Shown here: one piece after another, positions 1-12,270 of the stretch
Position numbering within the stretch: the first letter of the stretch is position 1
Layout: each line of letters begins with the position of its first letter
Assembly: GCF_000143415.4 (NCBI RefSeq)
Contig: NW_003314357.1
Span: forward strand, 257,811-321,810
Direction of reading: 5' to 3'
Source: Selaginella moellendorffii
Taxonomy: Eukaryota; Plantae; Lycopodiophyta
DNA length: 64,000 nucleotides
Program-made: the position numbers and the translations under genes
Notes under the pieces: generated by a model
What the model was told of the DNA's origin: nothing
Databases searched by the model: none
What the model saw: the letters and a program-made list of their open reading frames with translations, nothing else

Positions 1-591
1 CTTCATTCCATTGTCTGGGGGCGTGGCGCAGATCCAAACCCATTTGGCGATGCTCAGCTTGCTCTTGCTGTGCTCCGCGATGCTTGCATTGAGACGGTCC
101 AGGAACTTCCGCATCTTGACCTGGATGTCTCGGGGATGTGCGTAACTCTTTCCAGCAGAGGACATGGCACCATAACTGCGGAATGCCGAGACCGGTGTCA
201 GCTGTAAAGCTTCGTGCAGTTGTAACAGCTGCAGGGTCGTGATGGGTGAGCTCTCCGGCCAGGACCTGATGACGGCAAGACCTCTCAAGAGCCCTGCGGA
301 TCGAGCAGGATCGTCCAAGCCATGGGACGTAGCAACTTTGATAGCTTGGGTGTCCCAGAAGGCCTCAAACCTGGAGTAGATTGGATAAGTACGTGGAGAG
401 AGCTGCGACATAAGACATACCAGAAGCCTGCGTGGTTGGACGGTGTAAGCAGTGGTTCTGGCTCCTTCTCCTTGCCAGCTTTTCCCCTTGGTTTCCTCAC
501 TGCAATATAAGCAAACACTATACGAGGTTGAGAGATCGAAATGCATACCAGCACTTCGGACGAGATTCAGAGCCGCGCGCCGCCCATCCAT
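1..591 (-). CDS. Fic/Fido-like gene, spliced, running off the window edge; canonical motif not seen (possibly degenerate)
   Basis: Manual splice model: exons 591-549, 499-421, 370-1 with GT-AG introns of 49 and 50 nt, in phase. Translation includes LLQLHEALQLTPVSAFRSYGAMSSAGKSYAHPRDIQVKMRKFLDRLN, which parallels the pre-motif Fic region of the neighbouring gene (SHELL..GLFRSG..HFYADAWAIRPKLSKLV). Not in the ORF track because there is no stop inside the window. Confidence 0.55.
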   Translation of the reverse strand, partial: MDGRRAALNLVRSAGMHFDLSTSYSVCLYCSEETKGKSWQGEGARTTAYTVQPRRLLVCLMSQLSPRTYPIYSRFEAFWDTQAIKVATSHGLDDPARSAGLLRGLAVIRSWPESSPITTLQLLQLHEALQLTPVSAFRSYGAMSSAGKSYAHPRDIQVKMRKFLDRLNASIAEHSKSKLSIAKWVWICATPPDNGMK

Positions 592-1088
592 GATACCAGC
601 CGAGAGAAATTCACAAGTCCTGTGACCCTAGGAAGGTGCATTTCATGGAATCGTTGGAAATATGGCAATATCGATCTCCATACCTACACAGGCCGCGAGT
701 TGCTCTTGGATCCTAGCTCTGCAGCAAGAAAAGGTAGCTGAGCGCTACACACCCGGGGCGAGAGGAGAAATCGATCGCTGACGCTGAGCCGGCCCGATCC
801 AGCTAACAGGGAGCGATCTAGAGCAAGAAACTATGAAATTTCGTTGTGATCGACCGAAGCGCCTACCCTGCGCTGGCGCTGGATCAATCGTTCACCCCGC
901 CAGCGCCATCGCCATCGCCATCGCCATCGCGCTCACGCCGTCGCCTCGCCAAGCCCTGAAGAATGAGCTTGCGCCGACAGCCAATTATCGCGTGCCGCGT
1001 GTCAAAGCCCGGGAAATTCAAATGTACCCCTTTTCAAACCTTGGCTGTATAAAAGGGGGCCCTTCTGGGTTGAGGCTAGGGCATATAG

Positions 1089-2009
1089 ATGGGGCGATAC
1101 GCGGAGAGGCCCTTCTGGAGGTGCGATGGCGACGGAGCCCCGGCGACGAGCAGCATGGTGGACGCCATTTGTGGGTACGTGAAGAGGTTCCAGGCCCTGG
1201 ACGGCGATGCCAAAGCATGGGCGCTGGACGTGTACGGGCAGCGCGACGCTATGGCCGACTTCCTCTTCCAGGTGAACAAGCTGGAGCTGGAAGGCTTTGA
1301 TACCCGGGACCAAACACTCCACGCCCTGGAGCAGCTCCACGAAGTGGTGGCTCCAGACGAGAGATTGGAACAAGTCCGCTGCCTGTCCCGAGCATTCAAC
1401 GCATGGTGGCTCCAGGAGGAGAAGGCCGAGGAGGCTCCCAGCGTCAACAACTACAAGCTCAGGCAGTCACACGAGCTTCTTATGGAGCCGAGCAGGCCGG
1501 AGATCGCAGGCTTGTTTCGTTCCGGCAGCGAGGTTGCAATGACGATCACGAGCAGCGGAAGGCAGCACTTCTACGCGGATGCCTGGGCAATCCGGCCCAA
1601 GTTGTCCAAGTTGGTGAGCAAGACTAACGCGGATGTGGAGCGGCTCTTTGAGGAGGAGGCGACGACAAGGAGCTGCAAGACGGTGGAGCAGCTCCTGGTG
1701 CTGGCCTCGGACTTCTTCTACAAGTTTGAGTGCATCCATCCGTTTGTGGATGGGAATGGGCGATGCGGGAGGATGATGCTGGCCTACTTGCTTCGCAGCG
1801 TGGCTGTGTTCCCCAATGTCTTGTTCGCTGCTGGCGCTGGCCGCCAGCACGAGTTTGTAGACCGGGATGTCTACCTCAAGTGCTTCGAGAGTGCTCGCGA
1901 GGATGACCACGAGCCCAGGGACCTGACTGCTCTCATCATAGAGGGGGTCTACTTCGGTTGGCAGAGGTTCTTTGTGGCCCTCGAGTCGTGGCAGGGCCTC
2001 AAGTTGTAG
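1089..2009 (+). CDS. Fic (Fido) domain protein, putative adenylyltransferase, intronless
   Basis: 306-aa ORF with canonical HPFVDGNGRCGR motif at ~1737-1772. Upstream VNKLELEG resembles an N-terminal inhibitory helix. TATAAAA at 1048. Confidence 0.9.
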   Translation: MGRYAERPFWRCDGDGAPATSSMVDAICGYVKRFQALDGDAKAWALDVYGQRDAMADFLFQVNKLELEGFDTRDQTLHALEQLHEVVAPDERLEQVRCLSRAFNAWWLQEEKAEEAPSVNNYKLRQSHELLMEPSRPEIAGLFRSGSEVAMTITSSGRQHFYADAWAIRPKLSKLVSKTNADVERLFEEEATTRSCKTVEQLLVLASDFFYKFECIHPFVDGNGRCGRMMLAYLLRSVAVFPNVLFAAGAGRQHEFVDRDVYLKCFESAREDDHEPRDLTALIIEGVYFGWQRFFVALESWQGLKL

Positions 2010-4512
2010 CGACCTCATACTTACCTCTCGCCCTCGAGAGGTTGCTCGAGCTCGCTTTCCAGCTCTATTTTTTCCTGGAAAGACCACCTGCCTTCCTCGG
2101 CCGCGTGTCAATGAAGAAAGCGAGCGACCCAAACATACCTTTGGACTGCCTCCAGTACTAGATGCACCGATCCATCGTCAAGCTTTCTGCTCGGCCGAAC
2201 AAAAACTCTATGAGGAAGCATGGCAAAAGCTCACTACGTGACCAGGAACAAAGGGAGGAAAGCTTTACCTGATCGAAGGAGGTGCTCGTCTTTGCGTGAT
2301 CATCCCTGGAGCTTTGCATGCCCCAGATTCCAACGACGATCTCTCCACGACTTTGAGCTAAACGAAACGTCTCGAGGATGCCTGCCGCACAGATCCTAGA
2401 AGCTTGACGATCTCTGGAAGGAAAGGAAAACAACGACATATCGTCGCGCAATGCAGGCAGATCTTACTCGCGTGATTCCACCAGCGCAACCCTGGCGACA
2501 TCGAAGAGCTTCACATTCTCGCCTCCAGCGATCCTCATCCACCCCGAACAAGAACAAGAGAGAGAAATTAAACCCCAGAAAGGGACACCCGCAGGAATCG
2601 AACGCGTAACGGGACTTGGTGCGCAAAGAATATTCGGCTCGTGATCCCCTTGTCATGTTGTATATATAAAACTATATACTACTCACTATATATTTAGAAA
2701 TGTTAATTGCTTGCAGCTCATTGCAAATGCTCAGGAGAAAAGGCCAGAGCCTGAGGGACGTCTTAGGAGGGGATTTTTCTAATATGATGATGCCAAACAT
2801 GTATCCCTTATAGCATAGTGTGATGGTATCAAAGAATGTTATCAAATTTAACAAAACTTTCTTATAATAATATAGAAAATTTAAATGTATTAAACTAGAA
2901 ACTAGATAAATCCATCTAACATTATTAGTCTCAGTTATTGAATCATTATCTATATGTATTGATAAAATTTAAAATACTTTTAAAAATATACTTATTGATT
3001 TCTAAAATTATTATTTGTATATTTTATTATTTCACTGTGGTTAATAGTTTTTCAGTTGCAATATTAAGATTTCTTTAAAAAAAGCTATACCATTTATAGT
3101 TGGAGACAGGTATCCCAATCAAAGGATTTAAAATCAAAGTAAAAAATGAATGTTTAATAACATTATATTCTTATGTTTCTGATTGATATATTCATAGAAG
3201 TATAACAATTGTGATTGCTTATAAAATCCTATATATATATATATAAAGTTTTTAAGACATGTGATTACTGTGCATTCAAGAAAACACTCATGGCTACCAA
3301 CATAAGCAAGAAGTCTCAATGTTATTGAAAATATAGATCTTAACCTCTTATTCTACTAAGTTCTTTATGATTAATCATAGAAACAATAGAGATTCTTCTG
3401 AAAGAAAAGAGAAAATGCAAGCAAAAGAGCATTAGAATCACATTGCATTGTGTGATCCGCACCTTGAAAGGCTACAAGATTGTCAAAAGATCTTGATATA
3501 GTCTCCAAAGCCATGAACTTGCAATGCACTCATCCAAGGATAAGGGTGCCTGTCCAAATAAACATTAGAGCATTTCTACATTTAAATGGATAGAGTTGGC
3601 TATGCGAATAATGTGCTTTGCTGTCATCATGGCCTGCTTGAGGAGTGAACCAAGATATTGGCACTGGGCCATTGGCTTGACTCCATGTGTGACAAACAAT
3701 AGGAAAAAGGAAACTAGTGAGCTTTGTGAGAAACCTTTACTAAAGCATACCTATTTGTGCTCATAAACACAGAGAATGTCATTATCTTTTAGTATGTTCC
3801 ATCTCTAGAGTTTAAAACTAACAACAAATGTGATTGGCAGCCGTGGCACTGATGATCTTGAGCATCCCTTATCTCCATCTTCATCAGAAGCTACTCCAGC
3901 AGACTCCCCCAAAGAATGGTCAGCAAAGGAGAAACTGATCAACCAGGGATGGCATAATGATCTTGAGGAAGAATCAATTCCCTCTCCAGCACTGTCCAAC
4001 TTTTCTGCATACTCCATCGAAGCTCACATAGTTTAGTTTGAAATGCAAAATCAATGTCACTCTTAGGTGGAATGCTTTTTTTGGTACATGAGGTAAAATG
4101 GATCCATTGCACAGTCATTAATTCTGGTCTCAAATTCATGAGCACCAACCTCAATTATATGAGGATAATCTTGTGACTACTTTATTGTTTTGGAGTTTTT
4201 ATTTTTCCCGTGATCTCAACTATAGTTGCTTACCATAACTACATTAGCTAGTTTGCTGAGTCAAATGTTCATCTGGATCACATCCTCAACTCTTTGAGGA
4301 AAACCTTATACTATTCCCAAGATCTCGAGGTCGTCCATTATTGGCCTTTTTCTATCCACCATCTCACCTACAAGTTCACACATGAACTATAGTGGAGAGC
4401 CATGTCTTCCCGACTTGCTACTCCTCACGGATAGGCCCACTCTTAGGACTTTTTGATGCCAACACTAATGGTGATATACTTAAGCACCAATAAAAGTTAG
4501 ACTAAAGAACAA

Positions 4513-6066
4513 CTCCGATACCAAATTGTAATTGACTAATTTTTCCATTCTACTTTAGTCACTTAACCACACCTCCGACCACTTGGAGGAGTCTCAGTCA
4601 TAACCTCCATAAGTCCTATTCCGGACTCAGGCATGCTAGCCCCGAGAATGGCATCTCCTCCACTCAACCTTTGCACTTGGCCCAAGTGCTCCATGTGTCC
4701 GATCCTAAGACTGACACCCCAAGGTACCATTGACATACCAGCCCGTTACACTAAGGTCATGCCCATTCACCTTGGTACCACCAGTGGTCCAGCACTACTT
4801 GTATCGCAGTCCCATCTCTCCACAACTGGGCCATCTATCCAGGAGTGACCATCCAAGATCCACTCCTTAGCATCCTTAAGATGCCTGCAGACAAGAGGAA
4901 CCGCCTTCCCCAATATCCCTTTTACAGTCCCCACCAAGTCTCTTTTCTGCCCATGGCCGAGTTTGCCTACTCTGCCACTGGGACAAGGTTTGCAAGCCCG
5001 ACAACTAAGTCCCACTGTCCTCTGGGACTTTCTTACCACATGACCGTATCCTTGGTCACCATACTAGAGAACTGCTCCGCTTCCATTCTATAGTCTAGGA
5101 CTTTGGGACAACATTTCGGAACACCGTCGCCTTATACGAGCCTCGTGGGTACTCTCCTCACTTTCCGCCTTTGGGTGCTTTAGCCATGGGCTTAGAGTGA
5201 GGTTCTGTTGAGCCACACTAGGTATCCAAGTAGGTAGTGCCACCCACACTTGGACTAAGAGCATCGACCATTTGATCTCCCAGGGGAACTAGAGCCGACT
5301 CTTGAACATTTCACCAAGCTACCCTACTTGATAGTCTGTATTCACTCTAGCCTTAGACCTCCCAGTGGTTATCCCATCACCCAACACCTAAGTATAGCCT
5401 TCCTAGGCCAAATTGGCCTTTTCTGGCCAAACTGGCTCCACTGGAGTCCTCCCCCTTACTATACTTTTGGAGCTCACCAAACCCCCCAGGGTTTGGGAGA
5501 CGAACGCTTTGTGCTTTCACCTCTCAAACTCGAACTTAGACTTGAACTCAGACTTGGACTCAGATTCGGACTCAGACTCGGCCTCAGTCTCAGCCTCGGC
5601 CTCGGTCTCGGTCTGGGTCCCGGTCTCGGTCTCGGTCTCAGTCTTGGTCTCAATCTCGGTCTCGACTTCGGACTCGGTCTCAGGTCCTTCTCGGACTCCA
5701 TCTTGGGTCCATCTTGGTCCATCTCGGACTCCATCTCAGGTCCATCTCGGACTCCATCTTGGGTTCATCTCGGACTCCATCTCGGGTCTATCTTGGACTC
5801 CATCTCGGACTCCATCTCGGGTCCATCTCAGACCTCATCTCGGACTCCATCTCGGGTCCATCTCATGTCCCTTTTCTAGAGACTCTCTTATGGCTCGCTT
5901 TATGCTCGTATCTTGAGCACTCCGTTGGGAGTTCCACTCCTGCTCTCAACCTTTCAAGTCAAAGCTTTTAGTCAAAACGTGTTACGCTTGTTTGGATTTC
6001 GCTTTGGCCACTGCCACGTGGCACCCTTTTGGCTCCACTTTGGGGCTTAGGGATTTATGTCTCACA
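4513..6066 (-). mobile_element. LTR (family A, ~1540 bp, 4527-6066) with adjacent Met-tRNA PBS
   Basis: TG...CA termini. Reverse-strand TGGTATCGGAG at 4513-4523 abuts the LTR end. A second copy lies in the opposite orientation at 37713-40803. Confidence 0.85.
5520..5870. repeat. GACTC/GGTCTC-type 6-12 bp microsatellite array inside LTR A
   Basis: Visible tandem ctcgga/ctccat/ctcggt units, also present at 37935-38340 in the other LTR copy. Confidence 0.9.
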
Positions 6067-6199
6067 TTATGCTCTTCACTACATCTTTGAAGTGGGTTTT
6101 GTCATAATAGAAATGCACTTTCAAGTTATTTGTTGTTTGTCCATGACTTGGGGGACCAAGATATATGTGGGGGAGAAGCAACAATATAGGATATACTTA

Positions 6200-8680
6200 A
6201 CGAATTTGCCGATGTTTTTTCATCTAAACTTCCTCATAGGTTGCCTCCATTTTGCAGTGTGGAGCATGGGATTATATGGAGCTAGGGACATGGCCAATTT
6301 ACTAGCATCCATTTTTGTTAAATTATGCGGAGGAGCAAGAAGTTCAATGACAAATCAAAGAGTTATTTGAGTTTGGATTTATTCAACCAAGTAAGTTTCT
6401 ATTTGGTGCTCTGGTTTTGCTTGTGAAGAAGAAGGATGGTTCAATCCAAATATGTATTGATTATTATGCCTCGAATAAGAAGACAATGAAGGATAAAATG
6501 CCAATATCACATATGAATGATATCTTAGATAAACTTGATGAAACATGAGTGTTTACCAAGATTGATATAAGGAGTGGATATCATCAGATTGTAATGGATG
6601 ATGCATCTATCTCTAACATGGCATTCAACACAAGTTTTAGCCATTTTAAGTTTACAGTTATGCCGTTTGGTTTAACAAATGCACTAGCCATATTTACTCG
6701 GTTGATGTTAAAGGTATTTAGGCGTTATCTTCATGAGTTTGTGGAGATTTTCTTGGACAATATTTTTGTTTTCAACAAGAATATAGAAGAGTGGAATATT
6801 TATGTTATATTGTGACATCTAAAGGTGTCAAGATAGATCCAAATAAGGTGGTTGTGGTGGAGAATTGGCTTACATCGACTTCAGTGGCCAAGTTATAGAA
6901 CTTCCTTGGTATGGTTAGTTACTACCAATGTTTCCAACACAAGTTTGATTCCTTTGACATAGTTGTTACACAAAAACATACCATTTGAGTGGAAGAAGTT
7001 ATATAAGGAGAGTTTTGTGGCATTGAAATGGTTATTGAACGAGGCTCTAGTGCTTTGCATTGCTGATCCATCAAAACCTTATGAGATGATATATGATGCA
7101 AGTGGTTTTGCATTGGGAGGAGTTCTTATATAAGAGGGACAGCATATTGTATATAAAAGTCAAATTTTAAATCCTATAAAGCAACACTATTCTATATATA
7201 AGCAAGAGTTAATCTCTATTGTTCATGCTTTGCAGACATGACAGCACTATCTTTATAGTGTAATGTTTGTGGTGTTGATAGATCACAAATTTATTATATA
7301 TCTTTTTACATAGAAGGAGTTGAACACTAGGCAAGCTTGTTGGATGGTCAAGCTCATGGATTTTAGGGAGTTTTCTATTAAGCATCTTTTGGGAAAATCA
7401 AATGTGGTGGCAAATGCTTTATCTTGTGTTCATCATGTGACAGCATTATAAACACAATTTTGTCATCATGTAAGTAAAATGGTTAGTGAGTTTGAGCAAT
7501 TGGTTGAGTGTGCTCAGGCTCAAGATGCTAAAGTGGTCTCTTTGCAAGCTTAGATGGAAGCACTTTTCTCATTAATGGATGGGATTCTTTACTATAATAA
7601 CTGTGTATATTTACCACAGGTGGATATGTTAATTACTCAAGTTTTATTCCACTATTATGATCGTCTAGAGGCTGGTCATTTTGGAGGGAAGAAGATGTAT
7701 AAGTTGATTAAGTGTAATTTTTATTGGAGGAATATGAAGGTTGATATCCTCAAGTATTAAAAATCATGTAAACTTTGTTAATAAATAAAGGTGTTATGGG
7801 AGAAGTTGGGGGGACTTTTGCAACCTTTACCTATTTCTCAAAGCTATTAGTGTAGTATCTCTATAGACTTCCTCTTGTTTGCCACAAACATAGAAGCAAA
7901 AGGAGCAAGTATGGGTTATAATGGATCATTTGACGAAGTATGTGTAGTTGTTGGCTCTTTGAAAGACTATCACTACATCAGACTTAGCTATAATATGCTT
8001 GAAGAAGGTTTTTCCTTATTTTAGTTTATCAAAGGATATTATTGTTGATCGAGATTCAAAATTCACTAGTGGATTTTGGAAGAGCTTTGCAAATGCTATG
8101 CAAGTGACTTTGAAACTCTCAAGTGGAGATCATAGGCAAATCGAGTGTGTGAATTAAGTGGTGGAAGATATGTTGTACTATAGCATTGGTCAAAGGCAGA
8201 GATAATGGGATCTATATCTTCTATTAGTGCAATTTTCTTACAACAATATCTAACATAGTAGAATTAAATTAAATTTTTACTTTACCATGTTTGGAAAGCA
8301 TCCCTGAACAATGGTGAAGTTGAGATTGCATTTGAGTAAGGATGTTCAAGATAAGTTTGATTCTGAGGTGACTGATTTGGCTATAGAATTTGATGAGATT
8401 CTGGTGGTATGCAAATGGAATTTATAGGTAGCTCAGGATAGAGCGGAGGAACTTGTTAATAGGCAGTGCTAATTCTAGGAATATAAAGTGGGTGATCTCG
8501 TTTTTGTGCGAATGATCTTTTTGTCAAGTGAGTAATAGAATAGATTGGTGCCTTTATAGAATGGGAAGAGTGACAAACTTTCCCATCGATATGCTCATAC
8601 ATATGAAGTGCTAAAGTGCATTGGTAAGGCAGCTTATCGAGTGCAATTGCCAACTATGGTGAAAATTCATCCAATACCTT
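6200..8680 (+). mobile_element. Degenerate Ty3/Gypsy pol (RT, RNase H, integrase)
   Basis: Fragments FTKIDIRSGYHQI, VMPFGLTNA, FLDNIFVF (YxDD-like) and integrase HHCC AGHFGGKK..FYW in RT-RH-IN order, with many stops and frameshifts. Confidence 0.9.
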
Positions 8681-8775
8681 ATATCAAAGTTCCCCAAAAA
8701 GAGTGATCACCAATACAACTTGTTTTTAGGTGGAGGTGTCAACTTTCACCATATAGTCAACATCAATCAAAAGGA

Positions 8776-9125
8776 AGGTTAAGGGTATATTAAAGCATGT
8801 TAGGGTAAGGAATTTAACCTACCCTGCATGAAGCTTCTAAGGTAGCTCAAGTGGAACTTGAAGAGGCATAGTCTAGAGAAACTAAATCTTTGTCTTTTTA
8901 GTGTCGAATTATAACATTTGCCACCTACTTCTTACACACTACCAAGAAGGTTAATGGTATATTAAGGCATGTTAGGTAAGGAATTTAACCTACCCTACAT
9001 GAAGCTTCTGAGGTAGCTCAAGTGGAACTTGAAGAGGAGGTTGTAACATAGTAAAGAAACTAAATCTTTGTCTTTTTAGCATTAGATTATAACATTTGCC
9101 ACCTACTTCTTACACACCGCCAAGA
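8776..9125. repeat. Diverged tandem duplication, 2 x ~171-179 bp
   Basis: aaggttaa.ggtatattaa.gcatgttagg...ccacctacttcttacacac repeated at 8776 and 8947. Confidence 0.85.
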
Positions 9126-10200
9126 CACTTGTCCACACTGCAGCATCTGCTCACCTGGCATGCTCTCGATCATCTCCACCCCTTGTGGAGCCGATTGTCA
9201 AGCATGTCAATCACACAAGTGTAGTGAGCGATCCTGGGAGCAATCGACAAGCTCACCACCATTGCCTCGAAAATCTTCGTGCCTCAATCAACAAGCCCAG
9301 CATGGCTGCAAGCCACAAGGACCAAGGAAAGTCGTGGCGTCGTTGGATCCTTCCTCCTGGAGCTTGTGGAAGGGCTCGAAAACTCACGTTGGATCGCCAT
9401 GGCAGCTGTATCCACTGACAAGAGTGTTCCAGTGAGGAAGAGCTGGAGAACTGGTTGAGTCGAAGACGTGGTGCGCGATGAACATGCTGCTGCCACACTT
9501 GCTGTAGAAATCAATCAGGGAGCTCACCACCACAGCGTCACTCTGGAATCCATCCCGGCAGGTCAGAGCATGGAGTTTTCTCCCAGAGTCGAGGCTGGCG
9601 AGGCTGCTGGAAGCCATGAGAGCCATGACGATGGTGAGTGGCAAAAAAGAAACTCTTCCTCCTCCTAGAGCAGTATCTCCTCCAGAAGATCCAGTGCTTG
9701 TTGGTGCTGCTCGTTTTCCACGAATCCCAGCATCATTGCGTGCCAGGACACGGGCGTGCGCTGCTGCTGCCCGATCTAGTCGAAGACAGCTTCGCATCGC
9801 TCAATCCTCACACTTTGCATACATGTCGATCNNNNNNNNNNNNNNNNNNNNNNNNNNNNNNNNNNNNNNNNNNNNNNNNNNNNNNNNNNNNNNNNNNNNN
9901 NNNNNNNNNNNNNNNNNNNNNNNNNNNNNNNNNNNNNNNNNNNNNNNNNNNNNNNNNNNNNNNNNNNNNNNNNNNNNNNNNNNNNNNNNNNNNNNNNNNN
10001 NNNNNNNNNNNNNNNNNNNNNNNNNNNNNNNNNNNNNNNNNNCATGTCATAACCACTGGCAATGGATCGTCCTCCCTCTTTCCAAACACTGCTGGAGCTT
10101 GGACGAAGATCCACTCTTTCCACCACCACAACCATCGCCATCATGCAGAGATGGAGCTCCAGAAACTCGCAAGCTCTCACGAGAGCGGCCACCACGCGGT
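9120..10200 (-). pseudogene. PLS-class PPR gene fragment interrupted by an assembly gap
   Basis: GRKLHAL..DAVVVSSLIDFYSKCGS..AHHVFD..WNTLVSGYSCHG with frameshifts. Confidence 0.7.
9832..10042. other. Assembly gap (211 N)
   Basis: Run of N. Confidence 1.
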
Positions 10201-10209
10201 TGTGGTGGC

Positions 10210-10975
10210 CTTTAGCCCTGCAAAAGAGAGGCTTGTCTTCGAGTACTTGTGAGCCAAAGGAATCGCCAGGAGCTTACGACCCTTCCTGTCACTCTTGCTG
10301 ACGTCTTGATGGTCTTCGTCATCATCATCTTTCATATAATCGTCCTTGTTATCATCATCTATATCATCACCTTCTGCTTGATCTGCTTGATCACCACCAG
10401 TGCCAGCAGCCCATTGCTGGAAGAGAGCTCTCACTTGGGGAAGAGCCGAGACGAACGACGGGACGTGTATAAACTCCACGTTGTTTCTCACCAGGCTAAA
10501 AACCAGGCACAACCTCGACCCGCTCGTCACCTCCTTGAGCTGGTGCTCGCAGTCGCAAAAGAAGATCGTCGAGAAGTAGTGGCTGGAGCTCCCGTCCGAG
10601 AAATCAAACTCGGAGCACTGCCATCCCTGGCGGACCGCAAGAGCCCTGCCGCTGTGTCCCGTGCTCGTTGGAAGTCGCAAGATCATCGTCGTAAACATGC
10701 CATCTTCCTTCTCCGCGTCCCTGTGGAACTTGAAGTGGCCGCCAGCCTCGTAGAGCTCTCGGGATTGATCTGCCAAGGCCGTATGGAGCTTGCTGGCACA
10801 CGGACTTGATCTTGTCGAGATCTAGGGGCGAGAGTGGAAGATCAATCTTCTCAGTGCCTTCCACCAGGAGCAACACTGGCATCCGAAACTTTGCTACATT
10901 GATCTCACCTCCGGTGGCGAAGACCTCGCGGTCGCACCACAGCGCCTTGTTGAGGATGGAAATCTTGTATCGTAA
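10210..10975 (-). pseudogene. 2OG-Fe(II) oxygenase (2OG-FeII_Oxy_3-like, fungal/bacterial type), frameshifted and 3'-truncated
   Basis: LYEAGGHFKFHRDAEKEDGMF (HxD), FFCDCEHQLKEVTSGSRLCLVFSL (distal H and R), upstream LPLSP..QAPYG in another frame, and downstream LAHKYSKTSLSFAGLK. Confidence 0.75.
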
Positions 10976-11159
10976 GTTCCAAAGCTTTAGGGTTTATCAG
11001 GTAAATGCGGATGCTCTCAAAATTTAGGGCTCCCTCGCTATAATTATGCCTCCCCTTCATCTTCTTCAGCTTCATTTAATCATTGCAGCAGGAGCTTCAC
11101 CACCTTTAGAAAGGATACTTGTTTCTTAGGTGGACCTGGTAGAAGTGGTGACAAACAGG

Positions 11160-11400
11160 TTATTGCCGTGGGCTACGTTCCTATGGCCTCATGCTCCTGC
11201 GGCCCCATGTGTGGCATTCATGGAGGTGACATAAACGACTACGTGCCAGATGTGGCCGTCTGCAATCCTCGCACGGGTTTCCACCGTGAGCTACCCACTG
11301 ACCTTAACAACACTCCTGATTCAGCGCACACCTATGGTCAGATGAAGTTGGAAATGAGCGGCAACCATATCAGTTCAGCCTTCACCTGCTTTGCACACAA
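11160..11400 (+). pseudogene. F-box-associated domain fragment
   Basis: ASCSCGPMCG...VAVCNPRTGFHRELP resembles the SCxGLLC...VCNPxTxxWRxLP pattern of plant F-box proteins. Confidence 0.45.
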
Positions 11401-11679
11401 TCAAGTGATAAGTACACCGTTTATACTTGGCACTCGAGCGGCCACACCACCTCTAGTATACTCAGTCAGTCGACTGGCCTCTTCAACTTAGCAATCTGCT
11501 AATGATGCACACACTAACATGCTTGACTCTGGAGAGGCCCGAAGCTCTCAATCTCAAACATCATAATTGGCTGGAACTTTCAATAAGCGTGCACTGACTC
11601 AAGCTTGCATCTACATCCCATAGCGTCACAGGGGCTGCTGGGTAAGCTCACGATCATGTGGCCACATTGCAATACATCA

Positions 11680-12270
11680 AAGTCAGTTCCCTTCAAGAAA
11701 GTCAAAAGTTGTTGACAAATAAGCTTCAAGGAAAACTCAATGCCACTTCCACTAGCAAAAGTGTTAAATGAAAAAAGTGTGTGGTTGAAGCATTGTCTCT
11801 GGCTGCCATGGAGAAGGTTACAATTGGAGTACCCATTAGAGGGTCAAGATATAGTAGGACATAGTGCATAGGTTTCTCAAGCATCCTTCCATGGATGATG
11901 CTTTCAAGAAGTCAGTGATGGTTAGTGTTGTGGCTGATAAGGCTCTTGAGAACCTTATCTTTAGGCCAAAGCGTCCACCATATGGTGAAAAGAGCAGCAT
12001 TAGATTCAGTCTTAGGAGGAGACTTTGGCTTCTTGTTTCAAATAGAGAAAGCTGTAGACAGATCAGAAGCCCTCCAAGAATCAGATATCTCTTTGATTTG
12101 GACTCTAGGTTCCCTGATGTCATGTGCTCATTAGGACAAGTCAGGGCATCACTCAAAACTTTCCTTGAGAAGCCAGATATATTTTTCCAGTTCATAAGTC
12201 CCTGGATGAGGATTGAGGTTTTAGGAAAGTTGTGACTCTTTGCATTACTTCTCAATGTCTTAAGCAAATC
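11680..12270 (-). mobile_element. Possible degenerate LINE reverse-transcriptase fragment
   Basis: Weak matches: GCLRNLCTMSYYILTL (~RQGxPxSPxLY) followed by FNTFASGSGIEFSLK (~F..ASGL.IN..K). Confidence 0.3.

Noticed and set aside
3400-4200. Possible gene remnant left of LTR A
   Set aside because: Short frames with no motif I could assign, so left unannotated.
5328-5971. ORFs with LG/PR/SV dipeptide repeats (also at 37900-38560)
   Set aside because: They are translations of the 6-12 bp microsatellite inside LTR family A, open in several frames on both strands.
9616-10252. ORFs of 107-204 aa spanning the N run
   Set aside because: Open only because N codons are not stops.
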